A stretch of DNA of 64,000 bases from the UHGV virus genome UHGV-1351279, one strand, 5' to 3'. How positions within the stretch are numbered: position 1 is the stretch's first letter; each line of letters opens with the position of its first letter. This document shows positions 7,782-16,743 of this stretch, one piece after another. The notes under the pieces are model-generated. The model was not told the origin of the DNA, ran no database searches, and was given only the letters and a program-made list of their open reading frames with translations. Source of the DNA: a virus. A program made the position numbers and the translations under genes.

Positions 7782-10202
7782 ATGGATAAAAAGAGATTAT
7801 CAAGAGCGCAAAAGGAAGCTAATGATTTTGCATGGTTTAAAGAACAAATAGATTTATATGATAGGTCTTCTTTTTCTTCTTCAAGATTTGATGGTCAAGA
7901 TGGCATTGTTTCTGAGTGGAGAAAAATGAAGATTAACTATGATTTATTTAATAACAGAATTAATGCAAAAGACTTTGAGTATGTATGTCAGCCTTATGGT
8001 GAGAGTGTAGGAAAACTACCATTAGATTTTACTAACAAAGATATTTTATCTGGAAAGATAAAAGCTATGTTAGGTATGGAAATGAGAAGACCTTTTTCCT
8101 GGAAAGTAGTTGCTGTTAATGAAGAAGCTACTACAAGAAGGGAACAAGAGGAGTTTGAGCAAATTAAACAGTTTGTAATAAATAGTATTACAGCTCCTAT
8201 AAGGCAACAATTAGAGCTTGAACAGATGCAACAAGCTCAAGGTAGAGAACTTACTGAAGAGGAGAAACAACAAATGCAACAACAGATAGAAGAGGAGATG
8301 AAAACAAGAACTCCTCCTGAAGTTGGTTTGTATATGGAAAGAGAGCATCAAGACCCAGCAGAGATATTATCTCATCAGATATTAGAATATTTGATGGAAG
8401 AGCAAAATATCAGAGAGAAATTCAATAGAGCATGGAAGCATGGTCTTATAAGTGGTAAAGAGATATTTTGGGTTGGAGAAGTTAATGGTAAACCTATGGT
8501 AAAGGTAATAAACCCTTTAAGGTTTGACTATGATAGAAACTCAGATAACCATTATATAGAAGAAGGTGAGTGGGGTTGTTATGAGATGTATTTAACTCCT
8601 TCACAGATTATAAGCCACTTTGGAGATGAGCTTACTGAAAAACAGATTGATGATATTTATAGTAACTTTCAAGAAGGTGCTGTAGTTAATTCTGAATTTA
8701 CCTTTAGAGATGAGTATTTTGAAGCTTATGGAGTAAGGGTAATACATTGTGAGTGGAAAGCACCAAAGGCTGTAAAATTTGTATCTGGAGTGGATTTAGA
8801 GACAGGAGAGCCTTATGAGTTCTTAGTTGATGAGACCTACCAAATAAATAGGGAAGCTGGAGATTTAGAGGTTATAAAGAAATGGATACCTTCTAAATTT
8901 GAAGGCTATAAAATAGGTAAAGACATTTATGTAGGTATGAGAGAAGTACCAGGTCAAAATAAAGATTTGGATAATCTCTATAATTGTAGGCTTTCTTATA
9001 TAGGTGCTTGTTATGATAATATGAACTCTGAAAGTACTTCTTTAGTAGATAGAATGAAGTACTATCAATACATGTATAATATATTAATGTATAAGATAGA
9101 GCTTTTGATTTCTTCTGATGAAGGAAAAACCCTTTTATTGGATGGTAGTATCATACCTAAATCAGCAGGTATTAAGACAGAGGAATGGATTTATGACTTT
9201 AAGGTAAATAAATTAGGTATAGTAAATTCTAATGAGGAAGGTAGCAGATACAATGATATTACTCAATCTGTAAAAGAGATTGACTTATCTCTAATGTCTG
9301 ATATACAAAAGTACATAGAATTAGCAGAATATGTAGAAAGGAGATGTGGTGAATCTGTAGGTATTACAAAACAAATAGAAGGACAAATTGGAGGTAATGA
9401 AGCTGTAAGAAATACTCAACAAGCAATTATACAATCAGCTAATATATTAGAACCTTATTTTGAGGTTCATAGTATAGTTAAGAAGAATGTATTACAATCT
9501 CTTATTGAGGTAGCTAAAGTAGCTTATTTGACTTACCAACCATCACATTTAAACTATGTTCTTGATGATATGTCAAGAAAGATGGTCACTATGGATTATG
9601 ACCTTTTAGAGAATAGTACTTATGGTGTGTTTGTAAATAATAGTACTAAGGCTGATGAAGCTCTACAGATGGTACAACAACTCTCTCATGCAGCTATGCA
9701 AAATCAAACTATTGAGATGTCTGATTTGATTAAGGTAATGAGAAGTCAATCTATACCTGAAGCTGAAGAACTCCTTAAAAGAGCTGAAAAAGAAAGAAGA
9801 GAGTTTATGCAACAGCAACAACAGCAAGAACAACAAGCTCAACAAGAGTTACAGCAAGCTCAACAGCAATTTGAGAAAGACCTTAAATATATGGAACACC
9901 AATTTAAGATGGAAGAGATTGAGAAGAAAGGTGAGCTTGATATACAGAAGCAAGCTATACTTTCTATTGGGTTTAATGAAGATAAAGACCTTGATAAAGA
10001 TGGTGTACCAGATGTTCTTGAAGTTGCTAAGTTCGGTGTAGATGCTAATGTAAAAGCTGAAAACATAAAACTACAAAGAGAGAAGTTAGATTATCAAAAA
10101 GAGAAAGATAGAAAACAAGAAAAACTAATGGAAAGAAAACTTGATATTGAGGATAAAAAAGCACAATCTCAAGTACTAAAAGCTAAAGTTAGTGCTAATT
10201 AA
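7782..10202 (+). CDS. portal protein (806 aa) with a Q-rich coiled-coil C-terminal region
   Basis: Size and position directly after the terminase. Low-complexity QQQQQQEQQAQQELQQAQQQ at ~9810-9870. No motif-level proof. Confidence 0.4.
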   Translation: MDKKRLSRAQKEANDFAWFKEQIDLYDRSSFSSSRFDGQDGIVSEWRKMKINYDLFNNRINAKDFEYVCQPYGESVGKLPLDFTNKDILSGKIKAMLGMEMRRPFSWKVVAVNEEATTRREQEEFEQIKQFVINSITAPIRQQLELEQMQQAQGRELTEEEKQQMQQQIEEEMKTRTPPEVGLYMEREHQDPAEILSHQILEYLMEEQNIREKFNRAWKHGLISGKEIFWVGEVNGKPMVKVINPLRFDYDRNSDNHYIEEGEWGCYEMYLTPSQIISHFGDELTEKQIDDIYSNFQEGAVVNSEFTFRDEYFEAYGVRVIHCEWKAPKAVKFVSGVDLETGEPYEFLVDETYQINREAGDLEVIKKWIPSKFEGYKIGKDIYVGMREVPGQNKDLDNLYNCRLSYIGACYDNMNSESTSLVDRMKYYQYMYNILMYKIELLISSDEGKTLLLDGSIIPKSAGIKTEEWIYDFKVNKLGIVNSNEEGSRYNDITQSVKEIDLSLMSDIQKYIELAEYVERRCGESVGITKQIEGQIGGNEAVRNTQQAIIQSANILEPYFEVHSIVKKNVLQSLIEVAKVAYLTYQPSHLNYVLDDMSRKMVTMDYDLLENSTYGVFVNNSTKADEALQMVQQLSHAAMQNQTIEMSDLIKVMRSQSIPEAEELLKRAEKERREFMQQQQQQEQQAQQELQQAQQQFEKDLKYMEHQFKMEEIEKKGELDIQKQAILSIGFNEDKDLDKDGVPDVLEVAKFGVDANVKAENIKLQREKLDYQKEKDRKQEKLMERKLDIEDKKAQSQVLKAKVSAN

Positions 10203-10262
10203 GCTATTAGCTTTAACACCCTGAAAATTAAATTTTCAAAATGTAATATATAAATTAATTAT

Positions 10263-10270
10263 TAATTTTG
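10263..10270 (+). promoter_or_regulatory. TAATTTTG -7-like motif in the 76-bp gap before the scaffold/capsid genes, only 8 nt from the ATG
   Basis: Seen in the sequence. The very short leader makes this call weak. Confidence 0.2.
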
Positions 10271-10278
10271 CAGAGAAT

Positions 10279-11337
10279 ATGGAACAAGTTTTAGAACAAG
10301 ACAATGAGCTTTTAAGCTTTAAGTGGGATACAGTAGAAGAAGAACAACCTACTGTTGAAGAGCCAAAGGAAGAACCTAAAGAAGAGCCTAAAAAAGAAGT
10401 AGAAAAAGAACCAGAGTTTACTTTTGAAACTCCTAAGACAGAAGATGGTAAAGAGATTGTTGATAAAAAAGATAATGAACCTGTAGATAGTATCTACAAT
10501 GATTTGTTTAAAGATTTGAAAGAGAACAACATCTTTAATCATGTAGAATTGGAAGAAGGAGAAGAACTTACAGCAGAAAGATTTTTCCAATTACAAGAAG
10601 AAGAATATGAAGCTGAGGTTAGAGAAAGGATTGATAATTGGGCTAAGAACATTGATGAAGATGGTAGGAAATATCTTAAATTCCTTTCTGATGGAGGTAA
10701 AACAAAAGACTTCTTAGAAGTATTTGTAAATACAGAAGAACCTTTAGAAGGTGATATTAATGATGAAGAATATCAAGATGACCTTATCAGGGAAAAGAAA
10801 CTCTCAGAAGGTTTCTCAAGAGATGAAACAGAGGAATATCTTTCTAACTTACCTAAAACAGTCAAAAGAAAAGAAGCTACTCTTTATAAAGAGAATATTC
10901 AAGAGACTGTTGAGAAAAGGAAGAAACAACTCTTAGAAGAGCAAGAAAGAGCTAAGCAAAGACAAGCTGAGGAGTTACAACAATTTAATGAAAATATAAA
11001 AGGTATCTTAGAGAACCAAAAAGAAGTTGGAGGATTTAAAATCACTGAAAAGGATAAAACTAATATTTATAACTTCTTAACTCGTAGGGACCAGAAAGTA
11101 AATGATAAAGTAGTTGTAACAGGGTTCCAAAAAAAACTTGCAGAGGTCTTTAAAGATACTAATAAGTTAGTAGTGCTTGCTAAGCTACTTCACAATGACT
11201 TTGATTTATCTCAAATAGAGAAACAGATTATAACTAAAGAAACTAAGAAAATAAAATCTAATTTAGAGAATCGTAAAACAATTTCCTCATCTTCTGGAAG
11301 TTCTTATAAGGAAAAACAGTTCTATGATTTATTCTAA
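10279..11337 (+). CDS. scaffolding-like acidic protein (EEPKEEPKEEPKKE repeats, charged coiled-coil character)
   Basis: Composition and position between the portal and the capsid gene. Confidence 0.4.
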   Translation: MEQVLEQDNELLSFKWDTVEEEQPTVEEPKEEPKEEPKKEVEKEPEFTFETPKTEDGKEIVDKKDNEPVDSIYNDLFKDLKENNIFNHVELEEGEELTAERFFQLQEEEYEAEVRERIDNWAKNIDEDGRKYLKFLSDGGKTKDFLEVFVNTEEPLEGDINDEEYQDDLIREKKLSEGFSRDETEEYLSNLPKTVKRKEATLYKENIQETVEKRKKQLLEEQERAKQRQAEELQQFNENIKGILENQKEVGGFKITEKDKTNIYNFLTRRDQKVNDKVVVTGFQKKLAEVFKDTNKLVVLAKLLHNDFDLSQIEKQIITKETKKIKSNLENRKTISSSSGSSYKEKQFYDLF

Positions 11338-11354
11338 TTAAATCTTGAAATAAT

Positions 11355-12824
11355 ATGATAAATAACAACAAATTCATTACATCAATACTACCTTGGGATG
11401 GTGGTACTATGGTTGAGTTGAATAACTTGGGTAAAGCCTTGATGATTCAACCTGAGAAATTTGGAGATAAAATGTCTCAACTTTTCTCCTCTCAGAACTA
11501 CTACTCTGACAACCCAATTTCAAGTATTGCTTTGAAGAATGGTGCTAAGAAGATTGTAACTTCTAATGAGTGGGAATGGAAACTTTCTACTTCTAATACT
11601 GCACCTACTACTGTAGTAGAAGACTTGGAGAAAACTAATGATAAACCAGGTCTTGGAAGGACTACCTTTAAAATTAAACTACGTGATAATTGGTTCAAAT
11701 CTACTGATGTTATTACACCAGGTACTGCTGACCAAAAATATCAGTGTAGAATCATGGAAGAACCACAGAGACATGGTACTAATGGTTGGGTTTATACTGT
11801 TCGTATTGTATCTGATGACTTTAGTACATTCTTACCAAAGATGTTCCTAAAAGCAGGTACTAAATGGGCTAAGCTTTACTCAACTGCTGGTGAAGCTGAC
11901 ATCAAAGGTGGTTCTACTCAATTCTCTGCTCCTATTACTCTAAAGAACTCTTTGGGTAAATTGCGTAAAGAATACCATGTAACTGACTATGCTCTTGAAC
12001 AAGTTCTTGCTGTAAAGCTACCTACTCAAACAGGTAAACTTGCTGACTTCTGGATTAACTATGCTGAAGTTGAGTATTGGAAACAATGGTATCGTGAAAT
12101 TGAGCGTGCTTATTGGTATAATAGGAAAGCTAAGAGTATTCAAACTGATGCAGGTAGACCTGTAGATTCTTTTGCAGGTATCTTTGAACAGCTTGAATCA
12201 GCTAATAACCATTATTATACTGACCTTACAGCAGAGCTTATTGAGAACTTTATGATGGATATTTTCTATGCTCGTGTTAAACCTGGAAAAGGTCGCAGCA
12301 TGAAAGTATTTACAGGTGAGTATGGTATGCTTATTTTCTCTCGTGCTATGCAAGACCTTATGGAGAAAAGGGGTTGGAGAATTGCCAATAACAACTTTAA
12401 TCCTGTACAGAAGACTTCATCTGAATACAACACAAATGCTTATTCTTATGGATACCAATTTGTGAAGTATATCATGCACAATGGAGCTGAGCTTGAACTT
12501 GTACACTTGCCACTTCTTGATGATATTAATATCAACATGGAGATTGACCCAATTTCAGGATACCCTGTACAATCTCAGAGATTCATTTTCTTGGATTTCT
12601 CTGGAACAGGAACTGAAAGCAATATCCAAATTGTAGAGAAGAAAAATGGTTATAAGTTTGGTTATGTATCAGGTTTGGTTGGACCTTTTGGACCTGTGAA
12701 TGGAGGTCAAATGGCTCACTCTGGAGAATACTACTCAATGCATGTATCTAAAGAATTAGGTATTCACATTGAAGATACTTCTAAATGTGGACAATTAATT
12801 TTGAAGCGTAATTTTGGTTACTAA
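11355..12824 (+). CDS. major capsid protein candidate (489 aa)
   Basis: Position after the scaffold. Codon usage differs from its neighbours (frequent CGT/CGC Arg, CTT, GGT, ACT). A 13-bp-stem hairpin follows immediately. Confidence 0.5.
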   Translation: MINNNKFITSILPWDGGTMVELNNLGKALMIQPEKFGDKMSQLFSSQNYYSDNPISSIALKNGAKKIVTSNEWEWKLSTSNTAPTTVVEDLEKTNDKPGLGRTTFKIKLRDNWFKSTDVITPGTADQKYQCRIMEEPQRHGTNGWVYTVRIVSDDFSTFLPKMFLKAGTKWAKLYSTAGEADIKGGSTQFSAPITLKNSLGKLRKEYHVTDYALEQVLAVKLPTQTGKLADFWINYAEVEYWKQWYREIERAYWYNRKAKSIQTDAGRPVDSFAGIFEQLESANNHYYTDLTAELIENFMMDIFYARVKPGKGRSMKVFTGEYGMLIFSRAMQDLMEKRGWRIANNNFNPVQKTSSEYNTNAYSYGYQFVKYIMHNGAELELVHLPLLDDININMEIDPISGYPVQSQRFIFLDFSGTGTESNIQIVEKKNGYKFGYVSGLVGPFGPVNGGQMAHSGEYYSMHVSKELGIHIEDTSKCGQLILKRNFGY

Positions 12825-12855
12825 TCAGATTTTTTTCTCATATAATTATTAACTC

Positions 12856-12887
12856 AAACATGGGGTTATTGGTTTAACCCCATGTTT
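12856..12887 (+). terminator. strong hairpin AAACATGGGGTTA-ttggtt-TAACCCCATGTTT after the capsid gene
   Basis: 13-bp perfect stem read from the sequence. The trailing U-run is short. Confidence 0.4.
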
Positions 12888-12904
12888 CTAAAAAAGTAAA
12901 AACA

Positions 12905-13699
12905 ATGGCATTAGTTGAAGTTAGACCTATTGAAAAAGACACTTGGCACGGTAAAAGTGGTGCTGAGAATTTTACAAGACCACAAGTAATTTCTTGTGCT
13001 GTCAATGCTCATACAGGATTGTATGATACAGGATTATCTGAAGAAGATAGAAAAAGGCTTGAGAAAGCTACAGGATTTGATTTAAGTGATAATTATAATC
13101 CTAATGAGAAACACCCTTTTTGGTCAAAACCTATTAGTGAGGTAAAGCTTGAATGGGGTTCAAATATTTTTAATGTTGAAAGACCTTTAGATGAAATTAA
13201 GGTAAAGATGCTTAAAGCTTCTGATTTAGTAGCAAATTCAATGCAAGATTACAATGAAGGTAAATACCCTTTAGCTTTATTTGTAATTACAGATGAGCAA
13301 GAGCAAACAGTTGTAAAAGCTGCAAAAGCTGCTATTAAAAGAAATGCTATTATTGAAGCTTCTAAACTTTCTACAGAGAAAAAGATTGAAGCTGTATATA
13401 TTCTCTTAGGTCAAAATGTAAGAGGAAACTCTAATGACTATATAGACCTTAAAGTAGATGAAGCTATTGATAAAGCAGGGGCAGAAGCTTTCCTAAATCT
13501 TATTAGTAGAGAGGGTGCTAAGAACACAATTCAAGCATTTATTTTAGAAGCTACTGATAAAGGTATTCTAACAAGAACAGGAACTTCATATAGCTATATG
13601 GATATTCATCTTGGAGGAGATATTGAAGATGCTATTAGCTTCTTTGAGAATAAAAAGAATCAGCCTTTAAGGATTCAAATAATGGAAAAACTAAGGTAA
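12905..13699 (+). CDS. hypothetical virion protein (264 aa)
   Basis: ORF track. Lies within the morphogenesis block. Confidence 0.45.
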   Translation: MALVEVRPIEKDTWHGKSGAENFTRPQVISCAVNAHTGLYDTGLSEEDRKRLEKATGFDLSDNYNPNEKHPFWSKPISEVKLEWGSNIFNVERPLDEIKVKMLKASDLVANSMQDYNEGKYPLALFVITDEQEQTVVKAAKAAIKRNAIIEASKLSTEKKIEAVYILLGQNVRGNSNDYIDLKVDEAIDKAGAEAFLNLISREGAKNTIQAFILEATDKGILTRTGTSYSYMDIHLGGDIEDAISFFENKKNQPLRIQIMEKLR

Positions 13700-13700
13700 T

Positions 13701-14402
13701 ATGACTATACAGGAGATGCATTATGACTTCAAGATGAAGTTAAACAAGATAGATTCAGAGCAATATAGAAATCTAAGGATACCTGAAATAGATTGGAAAT
13801 TAAATGAGGCTTTGGAAATCTTTATAAAGAATAATGCAGAGCCTTATCAAGTTCCCTTTTATGGGTTTGAAAAGAATCAAAGAAGTATAGATAATATTAG
13901 ACCTTTGGTTGTAGAAAACCAACTTATAACACTTAATGGTAGTGTAGCCACTTTACCTGATAATTATATGTTTTATGTTTCTTCTTATGTTATAATGAAG
14001 AAAGGCAAATGTAAAGATAGAAGAGGTAGAGTCTTAATAAAACAACATGATGACATGTTTGAAGAAAGTCCTTTTGATAGAAGCTCTTATGAATGGAGTG
14101 AAATCAATGCTACCTTTGATAGTGCAGGATTAAGACTTTATATTCCTGAAGGAATTACTTTAGATGGGCTACACCTAACATATATAAGAAAACACGCCTA
14201 TATACATAATGCTCAAGACTTTTTGCCAGGAAGTAAGTATAAGTTACCTAATGGTGTAGAACTTACAGGAAGGCAAGATTGTGAACTTCCAGAACATACC
14301 CATAGAGAGATAGTGGATATAGCTGTTTATATAGCCAGCATGGATTTAGAACAGCAGACAGCTCAGTTCAAACAATCCAAGTTAGAATTAAACAAATTGT
14401 AA
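13701..14402 (+). CDS. hypothetical virion protein (233 aa)
   Basis: ORF track. Confidence 0.45.
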   Translation: MTIQEMHYDFKMKLNKIDSEQYRNLRIPEIDWKLNEALEIFIKNNAEPYQVPFYGFEKNQRSIDNIRPLVVENQLITLNGSVATLPDNYMFYVSSYVIMKKGKCKDRRGRVLIKQHDDMFEESPFDRSSYEWSEINATFDSAGLRLYIPEGITLDGLHLTYIRKHAYIHNAQDFLPGSKYKLPNGVELTGRQDCELPEHTHREIVDIAVYIASMDLEQQTAQFKQSKLELNKL

Positions 14403-14419
14403 ATTTAAAAGATTAGATT

Positions 14420-15532
14420 ATGTCAAGAACAAGTGATGTATTTAGACTTTTGGTTACAGCTAATAACAAAGATGTATTAGCTAAGAACAAAAAGCTTACT
14501 GACTTAGTACCTGGTCAATTAGGTGTGTTTGATGCTTCAACACATCTCTCTATTGACACCACTGTAACCCCTGTACCAGCAGAGTATTATTTTGCTGTTG
14601 GTGTAGATAATGATGGTGATGGTGTTGTTGATGATATTGTAAAATCAACAGGTAATGAAATTCAAAAGAAAGGAGTATTTTATTACAACTATACAAAATA
14701 TTCAGCAGGCAAGCCAGCAAAAGTGATTTTAAAGGATTATTTTGCTCAAGCTAATAAAGTATATGGTATTAGGGTTACTCTTCAAAATCAAGCCACTTTA
14801 CAGCTTCAGGGGTATGTTCCTTACTCTGAAACCTATGTTGTAAAGAATGTAATTTGTGATAACTGTGCAGACCCTTGTGTAAAAGGTGATAGTATTCAAG
14901 TTACTAAAAAGCTTCTTTTACAAATCAACAATGATAACAATGCTTTTGTAGTAGCTAAAGCAGTAGCAAGACAAGCTCTTACTACAGGTACTCATGGTAT
15001 TACTAAAGCTATTGGAGATGCACTTACTATTGAAGATTTGGACAAGATGGCTACTTACAATAAAACTCAAACTAACCCAGCTAACTTTGTACATGCTGAT
15101 ATTGAGTTTGAGACTAAGCCACTAAAGAAAATCTTTGATACTTGTATCAACATTGGTTACATGATTTCTCGTGAAACTACTATTGACATTTCACTTCCTG
15201 TAGGATTTGATTGTGATGGTAAAGTTGAAGTGAAGCAAGAAGCTGAGTATGAGCAAGGAGCTGGATATGACTTGAAACAACTTGAGTATATCCAAAAAGG
15301 TTGGACAGAAACTCCTTATAGGACTTCTGCTATTACAGGATTACCTTTCCCAACAGCTTATAGTATAGACCCTAAAGGTAAGTATGATACTTTTGTATAT
15401 ACTTATGATGAGACTACTTATACAAGCTTTAATAACTATACTTTCCAGGAAAGTTCAGTTATAGCTGTACCAACAGCAGACACAACTACAGTAGCTAAGG
15501 TTAAGGCTATTTTGGAATATTTAAAAGGTTAA
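14420..15532 (+). CDS. abundant structural protein candidate (370 aa), such as a major tail/tube or second capsid-shell protein
   Basis: High-expression-type codon usage like the capsid gene. A canonical stem plus T6 terminator follows. Confidence 0.45.
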   Translation: MSRTSDVFRLLVTANNKDVLAKNKKLTDLVPGQLGVFDASTHLSIDTTVTPVPAEYYFAVGVDNDGDGVVDDIVKSTGNEIQKKGVFYYNYTKYSAGKPAKVILKDYFAQANKVYGIRVTLQNQATLQLQGYVPYSETYVVKNVICDNCADPCVKGDSIQVTKKLLLQINNDNNAFVVAKAVARQALTTGTHGITKAIGDALTIEDLDKMATYNKTQTNPANFVHADIEFETKPLKKIFDTCINIGYMISRETTIDISLPVGFDCDGKVEVKQEAEYEQGAGYDLKQLEYIQKGWTETPYRTSAITGLPFPTAYSIDPKGKYDTFVYTYDETTYTSFNNYTFQESSVIAVPTADTTTVAKVKAILEYLKG

Positions 15533-15556
15533 TCCTTGTCATTGTTTAACTTGTCT

Positions 15557-15590
15557 AAAGGGTAAGGATGTATTATCCTTACCCTTTTTT
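15557..15590 (+). terminator. rho-independent terminator AAAGGGTAAGGAT-gtatt-ATCCTTACCCTTTTTT
   Basis: 13-bp stem followed by a T-run. Confidence 0.6.
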
Positions 15591-15604
15591 AAATACTATA
15601 TAAT

Positions 15605-16741
15605 ATGCTTTGGTATTCAGTAAAGAGAGAGAATTGGAATATAACAATAAAGAAAGAGCAACGGTACAAAAATACAGGTTTAATTAAGTATTGGCTTGTA
15701 AAAAGAGATAGTTGTGATAATACTTTCAAAGAAAAGGTTTTTGCTAAGACTTATTTATCAGGTACTAATGTAAATGAAGTAAATATTGATTTACAGAAAT
15801 TAATTAATGACCAAATAGCAAAAGAAAAAGAATCAAGTGCTGAGAAAGACCTTTATGGACAAGGTGTTTATGAGCTTCATTTTGTATTGGTAGAGTCTAA
15901 GAAAACAGGTGTTGAGGAAAAGAATGAAAGAGTGTTAGGAGGAGAAGCTACTAAGACTTTTACTTATTACCCACAGATATTAGAGAGCTTAGTAGATGAC
16001 TTAGAGAGTGTATTATGTGGTTGTCCTTGTAGTAATTGTGATGGCTGTGTAGATGATAAGAAGCTACTTAATGTAACCACAAAGGTTCTTTTGTATTATA
16101 CATTATCAGGAGAGTATTATCAGTCTAAATTCGGTCAAGCATTAAACTGTGTAAGTTGTAGCCTTTCTAAGGAAGCTATATGTATTTTATTGAATGAACA
16201 GATAAGAGGAGGTAGTGAGCTTAATAAAAGGTTTTTGAAGAAAATTTTAGCCATCTTCTACATTAGTTTTTATCTCATGGAAGTAGGTAGAAATTGTACT
16301 GTTGAAGAAAATGGTAAAGTAAAGGATTGGACTACTGACTTTCATTTTGATAAGGTAAAAAGGTGTTTAGAGGGTCTTGGCATTGATTTGGATTGTATAA
16401 GAAAACACACAGATAACTCAGAAGCAAGATATGCAGACTTTCCTTTTTATGTAGGTAGAAATGTTCAAACAATAGATTACAGATATTTTAATGACCATTA
16501 TTCAGATTTTGAAGATGAAGAGATAAATCAAATAATGATTTATGATATTAATCATGGGGACGGAGAATTAAGGTATAATGGTACAAGAATAAATAATTAT
16601 GCAATCATAGATTTCAGTGAAATTATAGCAGGTAAATTAACTTATCAAGCCAATGGTAATGGTAATACAGAAGCTAATTTCAAATGGAAGGTATCAGAAG
16701 GTTGTAGAGATAGGTTTAATGGTATGAGTTTAAGAGGGTAA
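15605..16741 (+). CDS. Cys-rich structural protein (378 aa; LCGCPCSNCDGCVDD cluster)
   Basis: ORF track. Cys cluster read by eye. Confidence 0.45.
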   Translation: MLWYSVKRENWNITIKKEQRYKNTGLIKYWLVKRDSCDNTFKEKVFAKTYLSGTNVNEVNIDLQKLINDQIAKEKESSAEKDLYGQGVYELHFVLVESKKTGVEEKNERVLGGEATKTFTYYPQILESLVDDLESVLCGCPCSNCDGCVDDKKLLNVTTKVLLYYTLSGEYYQSKFGQALNCVSCSLSKEAICILLNEQIRGGSELNKRFLKKILAIFYISFYLMEVGRNCTVEENGKVKDWTTDFHFDKVKRCLEGLGIDLDCIRKHTDNSEARYADFPFYVGRNVQTIDYRYFNDHYSDFEDEEINQIMIYDINHGDGELRYNGTRINNYAIIDFSEIIAGKLTYQANGNGNTEANFKWKVSEGCRDRFNGMSLRG

Positions 16742-16743
16742 TT

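Noticed and set aside
10263-10270. Confident promoter assignment from TAnnTTTG matches
   Set aside because: The 8-mer is expected about once per 1.3 kb per strand in DNA of this composition. Only the copies at sensible distances from starts (2253, 19364) are kept, and both at low confidence.
10312-10590. 92-aa Phe-rich minus-strand ORF
   Set aside because: It is the antisense of the GAA/AAG-rich acidic scaffold gene and is poly-F for that reason.
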